A stretch of DNA of 34,495 bases from a virus, in the UHGV virus genome UHGV-0366749; one strand, 5' to 3'. The translations under genes and the position numbers were made by a program. This document shows, piece after piece, positions 27,104 to 34,495 of this stretch. The notes beneath the pieces were generated by a model. It had not been told where the DNA came from and made no database searches. It saw only the letters and a list, made by a program, of their open reading frames with translations. Within the stretch, counting starts at the first letter, position 1; every line of letters starts with the position of its first letter.

Positions 27104-28276
27104 ATGGCTCAGGATTACCACCACGGGGTGCGCGTTGTTGAAGTCAACGAAGGCACCCGATCCATTACCACGGTGAGCACCGCCATCGTGGGCATGGTCT
27201 GCACGGGCGATGATGCCGATGCAAAAATGTTTCCTCTTAACAAACCTGTGCTGATCACTGATGTGCTGACTGCCAGCGGTAAAGCGGGTGAGTCCGGCAC
27301 GCTGGCCCGTTCGCTGGATGCCATCGCTGACCAGGCAAAACCCGTGACCGTTGTTGTGCGTGTGCCGCAGGGTGAAACGGAAGAAGAAACCACGACCAAT
27401 ATCATCGGTGCAGTGACTGCTGAAGGTAAAAAAACAGGCATGAAAGCTCTGTTATCTGCCCAGTCACAGCTCGGCGTTAAACCGTGCATTCTCGGCGTGC
27501 CAGGTCACGATAACAAAGCCGTTGCGACTGAGTTGCTGAGCGTGGCGCAAAGCCTGCGTGGGTTTGCTTACCTGTCAGCGTATGGCTGCAAGACGGTACA
27601 GGAGGCGATCACTTACCGTGAAAACTTCAGCCAGCGCGAAGGAATGCTGATCTGGCCCGACTTTACTGGCTGGGACACGGTGCTGAATGCCGAAGCAACG
27701 GCATATGCCACCGCCCGTGCACTTGGTCTGCGTGCCAAAATTGATGAGCAGACCGGGTGGCACAAAAGCCTGTCCAACGTGGGCGTGAACGGTGTCACCG
27801 GAATTTCTGCAGATGTGTTCTGGGATCTGCAGGACCCGGCAACCGATGCAGGTCTGCTGAACCAGAACGACGTCACCACGCTTGTGCGTAAAGACGGTTT
27901 CCGCTTCTGGGGTTCCCGCTGTCTGAGCGATGATCCGCTTTTTGCCTTCGAAAACTACACCCGCACGGCGCAGGTGCTGACGGACACAATGGCAGAAGCA
28001 CACATGTGGGCGGTGGATAAACCGCTTAACCCGTCGCTGGCCCGCGACATTATCGAAGGTATCCGCGCCAAAATACGCAGCCTGGTCAGTCAGGGCTATC
28101 TCATTGGTGGTGATTGCTGGCTGGATGAGTCGGTGAACGACAAAGACACGCTGAAAGCCGGAAAACTCACCATCGACTATGACTACACGCCAGTGCCGCC
28201 ACTTGAAAATCTGATGCTGCGCCAGCGCATCACCGATCAGTACCTGGTGAATTTCGCCAGCCAGGTCAGCGCGTAA
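27104..28276 (+). CDS. FI: Contractile tail sheath protein (P2 gpFI family)
   Basis: 390 aa; CAGGAGG RBS; canonical position and P2 FI-like sequence. Confidence 0.9.
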   Translation: MAQDYHHGVRVVEVNEGTRSITTVSTAIVGMVCTGDDADAKMFPLNKPVLITDVLTASGKAGESGTLARSLDAIADQAKPVTVVVRVPQGETEEETTTNIIGAVTAEGKKTGMKALLSAQSQLGVKPCILGVPGHDNKAVATELLSVAQSLRGFAYLSAYGCKTVQEAITYRENFSQREGMLIWPDFTGWDTVLNAEATAYATARALGLRAKIDEQTGWHKSLSNVGVNGVTGISADVFWDLQDPATDAGLLNQNDVTTLVRKDGFRFWGSRCLSDDPLFAFENYTRTAQVLTDTMAEAHMWAVDKPLNPSLARDIIEGIRAKIRSLVSQGYLIGGDCWLDESVNDKDTLKAGKLTIDYDYTPVPPLENLMLRQRITDQYLVNFASQVSA

Positions 28277-28285
28277 GGGGACAAC

Positions 28286-28801
28286 ATGGCTTTACCACGC
28301 AAATTAAAACATCTGAACCTGTTTAACGACGGGAACAACTGGCAGGGGATCGTTGAGTCGCTGACGCTGCCGAAATTCACCCGCAAATATGAGAAGTATC
28401 GCGGCGGCGGAATGCCGGGTGCAGTGGATGTGGATCTGGGGCTTGATGACAGTGCGCTGGACACAGAATTTTCCATTGGTGGTACTGAACTGCTGCTGTT
28501 TAAGCAGATGGGCAAAGCCACGGTAGATGGCATTCAGCTGCGCTTTACCGGCTCTATCCAGCGTGACGATACCGGGGAAGTGCAGGCCGTGGAGCTTGTG
28601 GTGCGTGGACGTCACAAAGAAGTGGATTCCGGCGAGTGGAAGACGGGCGAAAGCAACACCACCAAAGTGACCAGTACCAACAGCTACGCGAAGCTGACCA
28701 TCAATGGTGAGGTGCTCTATGAAGTGGACCTTATCAACATGGTGGAAATTGTGGACGGTGTGGACCTGATGGAAGCGCACCGCAACGCCCTCGGCCTCTG
28801 A
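28286..28801 (+). CDS. FII: Tail tube protein (P2 gpFII family)
   Basis: 171 aa immediately after the sheath gene. Confidence 0.9.
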   Translation: MALPRKLKHLNLFNDGNNWQGIVESLTLPKFTRKYEKYRGGGMPGAVDVDLGLDDSALDTEFSIGGTELLLFKQMGKATVDGIQLRFTGSIQRDDTGEVQAVELVVRGRHKEVDSGEWKTGESNTTKVTSTNSYAKLTINGEVLYEVDLINMVEIVDGVDLMEAHRNALGL

Positions 28802-28855
28802 TGTATCTGAACGGCGCGGGATACCGCGCCAGAACCCAATTTACAGGACAGCAAA

Positions 28856-29158
28856 ATGAGCGATAAGCAGACTGAAAAGACTATTCAACTGGATACCCCC
28901 ATCAAGCGCGGTAAAACAGAAATCACCGAAATTGTGCTGCGTAAACCGCAGTCCGGTGCGCTGCGCGGTACACGCCTGCAGGCCATTATGGATATGGATG
29001 TGAACGCGATGATGACCGTGATCCCCCGTATCTCCAGTCCGGCACTGACTGCACAGGAAATTGCAGAGATGGACCCGGCAGATCTCACTGCCATGTCGGT
29101 TGAGGTTGTCACTTTTTTGTTGAAGAAGTCGGTGCTTGCCGGTTTACCGACAGCCTGA
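28856..29158 (+). CDS. E: Tail assembly chaperone (P2 gpE family)
   Basis: 100 aa before the tape-measure gene; contains the slippery TTTTTTG near its 3' end. Confidence 0.8.
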   Translation: MSDKQTEKTIQLDTPIKRGKTEITEIVLRKPQSGALRGTRLQAIMDMDVNAMMTVIPRISSPALTAQEIAEMDPADLTAMSVEVVTFLLKKSVLAGLPTA

Positions 29159-29292
29159 CGGTTGACGATCTGGTGGCTGATATCGCCACCATCTTTCACT
29201 GGCCGCCATCCGTTACTGACGTTATGCCGCTGACCGAAGTGCTGGAATGGCGGTATAAAGCGATTCAGAGAAGCGGGGCCAACGATGAGTGA
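28856..29292 (+). CDS. E+E' extended chaperone made by -1 programmed frameshift at TTTTTTG (29113..29119)
   Basis: The -1 frame is open from the slippery site to TGA 29290..29292, overlapping the T start, as in the P2 E/E' arrangement. Confidence 0.5.
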
Positions 29293-32200
29293 TAACAACC
29301 TGCGGCTGCAGGTCATTCTTAATGCGGTTGACAAACTCACCCGCCCATTCCGTGTTGCACAGGCCAGTTCGAAAGAGCTGGCTGGCGCAATTCAGAATAC
29401 CCGAAACAGCCTCAAAGAACTGAATAAGCAGGCTGGCAGAATTGATGAATTTCGCAAGACGCGCTCGCAACTAGCCATAACAGCCAACAACCTGAACGCA
29501 GCCCGCGAAGAGGCGGCAAAACTCGCCACACAATTTGCTGCCACTAACAGGCCAACCGCCGCGCAGGCAAAGTTATTCAGTCAGGCCAAAACACGAGTAC
29601 AGGAACTTCAGCAGACCTATAACGGCTTGTTGGGGGCGGTCCAGAGACAACGTCAGGCACTTAAAGAATCAGGGATTGATACCAGACAACTCAGTAGTGC
29701 CCAGCGAGAACTTAAGAAAAATGCTGAAGAAACAAGGCAGGCACTGGAGGGCCAGCAAAAAGCACTTAAACGTCTGGGTGAACAACAGGCACGGATGAAC
29801 GCTGCCAGAGAACAATACTCAAGACGGCTTGAAGTGCGCGATCGCATCGCAGGAGCCGGAGCCACTACCACGGCTGCAGGGCTGGCAATGGGTGCGCCAG
29901 TGATGGCAGCAGTAAAAAGCTATACCAGCATGGAAGATGCCATGAAAGGTGTGGCAAAGCAGGTCAATGGTCTGCGTGATGATAATGGCAACCGCACTGC
30001 GCGTTTTTACGAAATGCAGGATGCCATCAAGGCTGCCAGCGAACAGTTGCCGATGGAAAACGGTGCTGTGGACTTTGCCGCACTGGTTGAAGGTGGTGCG
30101 CGCATGAACGTCGCAAATCCTGACGACAGCTGGGAAGACCAGAAACGTGACCTGCTGGCCTTCGCCAGCACGGCAGCAAAGGCGGCAACAGCCTTTGAGC
30201 TGCCAGCGGATGAACTGTCAGAAAGTCTGGGGAAAATCGCCCAGCTCTACAAAATCCCTACCCGCAATATTGAACAGCTCGGTGATGCGCTGAACTATCT
30301 GGATGATAACGCCATGTCGAAAGGGTCAGACATCATTGATGTCATGCAACGCCTGGGCGGTGTGGCAGATCGTCTGGATTATCGTAAAGCGGCGGCGCTG
30401 GGTTCCACCTTCCTGACACTGGGCGCTGCGCCGGAGGTTGCTGCCAGTGCAGCAAACGCGATGGTGCGTGAATTGTCCATTGCCACCATGCAAAGTAAGA
30501 GTTTCTTTGAAGGAATGAATCTGCTGAAACTCAATCCTGAAGTGATTGAAAAGCAGATGACGAAGGATGCGATGGGAACCATCCAGCGCGTGCTGGAGAA
30601 GGTGAACGCACTGCCGCAGGATAAGCGCCTGTCTGCCATGACCATGTTGTTTGGTAAAGAGTTTGGCGATGATGCGGCGAAACTGGCAAACAACCTGCCG
30701 GAACTGCAGCGCCAGCTAAAACTGACAGCGGGCAATGATGCGCTCGGTTCGATGCAGAAAGAATCCGACATTAACAAGGACTCACTTTCTGCGCAGTGGT
30801 TGCTGGTTAAAACCGGAGCGCAGAACACCTTCAGCAGCCTGGGCGAAACGCTGCGCCAGCCGCTGATGGATATTCTGTACACGGTGAAAAGCGTCACGGG
30901 GGCGTTGCGTCGCTGGGTGGAAGCTAACCCGGAACTGACGGGCACTCTGATGAAAGTAGCCGCTGTGGTGGCTGCCGTTACCGTGGGCCTCGGCACCTTA
31001 GCAGTGGCGCTGGCTGCAGTGCTGGGGCCGCTGGCAGTCATCCGTCTGGGATTCTCTGTGCTGGGTATCAAAACGTTACCTTCCGTTACGGCAGCAGTAA
31101 CCCGAACCAGCAACGCGTTGTCCTGGTTGGCTGGCGCACCACTGGCACTGCTGCGACGCGGGCTTGCTTCATCGGGCAACGCCGCAGGTTTACTTACTGC
31201 GCCGTTGTCGTCTTTGCGCCGCACGGCATCACTGACGGGAAATGTCCTGAAAACTGTAGCAGGTGCGCCGGTTGCACTTTTGCGGTCTGGATTATCCGGT
31301 TTACGTGCTGTTGCTGTGATGTTTATGAATCCTCTGGCGGTACTGCGCGGTGGACTGGTCGCCGCAGGCACGGTGCTGCGAGTACTGGCATCTGGTCCAC
31401 TGGCGATGCTGCGCGTTGCCCTGTATGCCGTATCTGGTCTGTTAGGTGCTCTGCTCAGTCCGATAGGTCTTGTGGTTACTGCACTGGCGGGCGTGGCGCT
31501 GGTTGTCTGGAAATACTGGCAACCCATCACCGCATTTCTCGGTGGTGTGGTGGAGGGATTCAAAGCAGCGGCAGGTCCCGTCAGTGCCGCGTTCGAACCA
31601 CTTAAGCCTGTGTTCCAGTGGATTGGCGATAAAGTGCAGGCGTTGTGGGGCTGGTTTACTGATCTGCTGACACCCGTTAAGTCGACTTCTGCCGAACTGC
31701 AGAGCGCAGCGGCAATGGGGCGACGATTCGGGGAGGCGCTGGCGGAAGGGCTGAATATGGTTATGCATCCGCTGGACTCCCTCAAATCCGGCGTATCCTG
31801 GTTGCTGGAAAAACTCGGCATTGTCAGTAAAGAAGCCGCAAAGGCAAAACTGCCGGAAAGCGTGACGCGTCAGCAACCTGCGACGGTGAATGCAGACGGT
31901 AAAGTGATGTTGACATCGGGTGGTTTTCCGTCATGGGGATATGGTTTTGCGGGGATGTATGACAGCGGCGGGTATATCCCGCGCGGGCAGTTTGGCATCG
32001 TCGGTGAAAACGGGCCGGAAATTGTTAACGGCCCGGCAAATGTGACCAGCCGGAGAAATACCGCTGCACTAGCTGCGGTTGTCGCCGGAGTGATGGGCGT
32101 TGCTGCCGCGCCAGCAGAGCTTCCACCGTTGCACCCTTTGGCACTTCCCGCGAAAGGCGGCGAAGCGATGGTGAGTCGCGCAGCCACTGTGCCGCCTGTT

Positions 32201-32362
32201 TACAGGATTGAGGCACCGACGCAGATCATCATCCAGACGCAGCCAGGACAAAGTGCGCAGGATATTGCGCGGGAGGTGGCCCGCCAGCTTGATGAACGTG
32301 AACGCAGGCTGAAGGCAAAGGCCAGGAGTAACTACAGCGATCAGGGGGGATACGACGCATGA
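29285..32362 (+). CDS. T: Tail tape measure protein (P2 gpT family)
   Basis: 1025 aa, Ala/Leu-rich with coiled-coil and hydrophobic segments, in the canonical position. Confidence 0.9.
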   Translation: MSDNNLRLQVILNAVDKLTRPFRVAQASSKELAGAIQNTRNSLKELNKQAGRIDEFRKTRSQLAITANNLNAAREEAAKLATQFAATNRPTAAQAKLFSQAKTRVQELQQTYNGLLGAVQRQRQALKESGIDTRQLSSAQRELKKNAEETRQALEGQQKALKRLGEQQARMNAAREQYSRRLEVRDRIAGAGATTTAAGLAMGAPVMAAVKSYTSMEDAMKGVAKQVNGLRDDNGNRTARFYEMQDAIKAASEQLPMENGAVDFAALVEGGARMNVANPDDSWEDQKRDLLAFASTAAKAATAFELPADELSESLGKIAQLYKIPTRNIEQLGDALNYLDDNAMSKGSDIIDVMQRLGGVADRLDYRKAAALGSTFLTLGAAPEVAASAANAMVRELSIATMQSKSFFEGMNLLKLNPEVIEKQMTKDAMGTIQRVLEKVNALPQDKRLSAMTMLFGKEFGDDAAKLANNLPELQRQLKLTAGNDALGSMQKESDINKDSLSAQWLLVKTGAQNTFSSLGETLRQPLMDILYTVKSVTGALRRWVEANPELTGTLMKVAAVVAAVTVGLGTLAVALAAVLGPLAVIRLGFSVLGIKTLPSVTAAVTRTSNALSWLAGAPLALLRRGLASSGNAAGLLTAPLSSLRRTASLTGNVLKTVAGAPVALLRSGLSGLRAVAVMFMNPLAVLRGGLVAAGTVLRVLASGPLAMLRVALYAVSGLLGALLSPIGLVVTALAGVALVVWKYWQPITAFLGGVVEGFKAAAGPVSAAFEPLKPVFQWIGDKVQALWGWFTDLLTPVKSTSAELQSAAAMGRRFGEALAEGLNMVMHPLDSLKSGVSWLLEKLGIVSKEAAKAKLPESVTRQQPATVNADGKVMLTSGGFPSWGYGFAGMYDSGGYIPRGQFGIVGENGPEIVNGPANVTSRRNTAALAAVVAGVMGVAAAPAELPPLHPLALPAKGGEAMVSRAATVPPVYRIEAPTQIIIQTQPGQSAQDIAREVARQLDERERRLKAKARSNYSDQGGYDA

Positions 32363-32844
32363 TGATGGTGCTGGGATTGTACGTGTTTATGCTGCGCACC
32401 GTGCCGTATCAGGAGCTGCAGTATCAACGCAGCTGGCGTCATGCGGCAAACAGCCGGATAAACCGACGTCCGTCCACGCAGTTTCTGGGACCGGACAACG
32501 ACATGCTGACGCTTTCCGGTGTTCTTATGCCGGAGATAACAGGTGGCAGGCTGTCGTTGCTGGCACTGGAGCAGATGGCAGAACAGGGGAAAGCATGGCC
32601 CCTGATTGAAGGCAGCGGCACGATTTATGGCATGTATGTGATTGAGGGACTGAATCAGACTAAAACGGAGTTTTTCCGCGACGGTATGCCGCGCCGGATT
32701 GAGTTCACCCTGTCGCTCAAACGGGTGGATGAATCCCTGTCCGATATGTTCGGTGATCTCAGTGCACAGCTGAATAATCTGCAGGATACGGCAACGTCTG
32801 CATTAAGCGATATCAGTAAAACGGTGGGAGGGCTGCTGTCGTGA
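32359..32844 (+). CDS. U: Tail protein (P2 gpU family)
   Basis: 161 aa, overlaps the T stop and the D start. Confidence 0.85.
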   Translation: MMMVLGLYVFMLRTVPYQELQYQRSWRHAANSRINRRPSTQFLGPDNDMLTLSGVLMPEITGGRLSLLALEQMAEQGKAWPLIEGSGTIYGMYVIEGLNQTKTEFFRDGMPRRIEFTLSLKRVDESLSDMFGDLSAQLNNLQDTATSALSDISKTVGGLLS

Positions 32845-33941
32845 ATTTCAGCTCTGAACTGCTTAACAAAGGCAACAAAACTCCGGCATTCAGCATCAGT
32901 ATTGAAGGCAGGGATATCACCACTGTGCTGGACAACCGCCTGATGGGGCTGACGCTGACGGATAACCGGGGCTTTGACGCAGACCAGCTTGATCTGGAGC
33001 TGGACGACGCCGACGGAAAAATCGTGCTGCCGCGCCGTGGTGCGGTCATTACGCTGGCGCTGGGCTGGAAGGGGCAGCCGCTTTTCCCGAAAGGGGCATT
33101 CACGGTGGACGAGATTGAACACACTGGCGCACCGGACCGCCTGACAATCCGGGCGCGAAGTGCTGATTTTCGGGAAACGCTGAATACCCGTCGTGAAAAG
33201 TCGTGGCACAAGACCACCGTCGGGGAAGTGGTTAAGGAAATAGCCGCGCGGCACAAGCTGAAGATGGCACTGGGTAAAGACCTGTCGGATAAGCCCGTTG
33301 AGCATATAGACCAGACTAATGAGAGTGACGGTAGTTTTCTGATGCGGCTGGCGCGACAGTACGGTGCCATCGCGTCGGTGAAAAATGGCAATCTGTTATT
33401 CATCCGGCAGGGGCAGGGCAAAAGCGCCACTGGTAAACCACTGCCAGTGATCACTATCACACGCAAGGACGGCGACAGTCACCGCTTTACCCTGGCAGAT
33501 CGCGGAGCCTACACGGGCGTAATTGCCAGCTGGTTGCATACCCGCGAACCTGCGAAGAAAGAAAGTACCACGGTGAAGCGTAAGCGCAGAACTAAGAAGC
33601 AGAAGAAAGAGCCGGAAGCGAAGCAGGGCGATTACCTGGTGGGTACGGATGAAAACGTGCTGGTACTTAATCGCACTTATGCCAACCGGAGCAACGCTGA
33701 ACGGGCAGCGAAAATGCAGTGGGAACGCCTGCAACGCGGCGTTGCGTCATTCTCGCTACAACTGGCGGAAGGGCGGGCAGATCTTTACACGGAAATGCCA
33801 GTGAAAGTTAGTGGCTTTAAACAACCGATAGATGATGCGGAATGGACCATTACGACTCTGACGCATACCGTCAGCCCCGATAACGGTTTTACAACCAGTC
33901 TGGAGCTTGAAGTGAGGATTGATGATTTCGAAATGGAATGA
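32841..33941 (+). CDS. D: Tail protein / late control protein (P2 gpD family)
   Basis: 366 aa in the canonical position. Confidence 0.85.
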   Translation: MNFSSELLNKGNKTPAFSISIEGRDITTVLDNRLMGLTLTDNRGFDADQLDLELDDADGKIVLPRRGAVITLALGWKGQPLFPKGAFTVDEIEHTGAPDRLTIRARSADFRETLNTRREKSWHKTTVGEVVKEIAARHKLKMALGKDLSDKPVEHIDQTNESDGSFLMRLARQYGAIASVKNGNLLFIRQGQGKSATGKPLPVITITRKDGDSHRFTLADRGAYTGVIASWLHTREPAKKESTTVKRKRRTKKQKKEPEAKQGDYLVGTDENVLVLNRTYANRSNAERAAKMQWERLQRGVASFSLQLAEGRADLYTEMPVKVSGFKQPIDDAEWTITTLTHTVSPDNGFTTSLELEVRIDDFEME

Positions 33942-34031
33942 TTCTTCGCAATGGAGAACTTTTAAGTTTGCAAAATGGAATAATGCGGTATCATTATTGT
34001 GAATTTAGCAAAAATGGGGAGAACTCGAAAA

Positions 34032-34250
34032 ATGATGATTTGCCCACTGTGTGGAAGTGCCGCCCATACTCGCAGCAGTTTTCAGGTATCTTCATTGACC
34101 AAAGAGCGTTACAACCAGTGCCAGAATATTAACTGCAGCCATACTTTTGTAACCCATGAAACTTTTGTTCGTTCGATTGCAACGCCAAAAGAGTCAAATC
34201 CGGTTCAGCCGCATCCAATGAAATCAGGACAGGTGGCGCTCTCTCTTTGA
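34032..34250 (+). CDS. ogr: Zinc-finger late gene transcription activator (Ogr family)
   Basis: MMICPLCGSAAHTRSS…ERYNQCQNINCSHTF resembles P2 Ogr (CxxC…CxxxxC); start at the ATG after GGGAGA. Confidence 0.8.
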   Translation: MMICPLCGSAAHTRSSFQVSSLTKERYNQCQNINCSHTFVTHETFVRSIATPKESNPVQPHPMKSGQVALSL

Positions 34251-34326
34251 CGCTGCCGCCATTTTGTCGCCATCGTTAAAAAACAGTGCTTCTAACGTCA
34301 TGATTTTAAACGGCATAAATTTCAGG

Positions 34327-34340
34327 CAACAAAAAACCCA
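34327..34340. repeat. attR: Putative attR core (direct repeat with 151..164)
   Basis: aacaaaaaacccat, identical to the left copy. Confidence 0.4.
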
Positions 34341-34372
34341 TCAACCTTGAACCGAAATGGCGGGGTTGATGG
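34336..34372 (+). terminator. Hairpin overlapping attR (likely the original host terminator)
   Basis: Perfect 10-bp stem cccatcaacc / ggttgatggg after an A-run. Confidence 0.4.
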
Positions 34373-34495
34373 GCTCCACAAAATGGGGACATCAAAGAAA
34401 AGCAGTGGCACTAATTAAGACTGATGCCCTGCGGAAAAGTTCTGCGGTTGTGCAAAAAAATTTCATTTTCAGGGCAACTTCAGTTTTATCCTAAT

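Larger units (their letters stand above)
151..34340. mobile_element. P2/186-like prophage (apparently complete)
   Basis: Full P2 gene order int…A / cos / Q P O N M L X lysis R S V W J I H / FI FII E T U D ogr, with protein similarity to P2 gpN, gpJ, gpV, gpL, gpM, gpX and Ogr and to 186 CI recalled from memory, bounded by a 14-bp direct repeat. Confidence 0.75.

Noticed and set aside
30379-31821. 480-aa ORF on the minus strand
   Set aside because: Antisense to the tape-measure gene; Ser/Ala/Pro-rich artefact.
32655-33466. Two overlapping 216-217-aa minus-strand ORFs
   Set aside because: Antisense to U and D tail genes; no RBS; composition artefact.
1-34495. CRISPR arrays, tRNA or rRNA genes
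   Set aside because: No regularly spaced direct repeats and no tRNA-like cloverleaf candidates at the att junctions were seen; integration appears to be next to a protein-gene terminator rather than in a tRNA.

Overview
The window holds an essentially complete P2/186-family temperate myovirus prophage (about 151..34340) flanked by short stretches of host DNA. The order matches an integrated P2-like genome: attL, int, 186-type cI / apl / cII immunity region, early genes including dam and replication gene A, an SOS-type promoter driving a small ORF plus a DinI-like gene, then an AT-rich accessory island that surrounds a cos-like site, followed by Q-P (minus strand), O-N-M-L-X, the lysis cassette, R-S, V-W-J-I-H, an invertible tail-fibre segment with its serine invertase, FI-FII-E/E'-T-U-D, ogr and attR. 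The most interesting content is accessory: (1) a tightly coupled pair of genes for a 399-aa soluble protein and a 178-aa four-helix membrane protein that I cannot place in any family, and which is the best candidate for an undescribed anti-phage system; (2) a 607-aa protein with an Mrr-like DGGIDG...QSK nuclease motif, resembling AIPR-family abortive-infection proteins, between cos and Q; (3) a reverse-strand AT-rich gene inserted between S and V; (4) a small secreted Cys-rich ORF between cI and int. All calls rest on reading the sequence and on recalled P2/186 homology; no database search was run.
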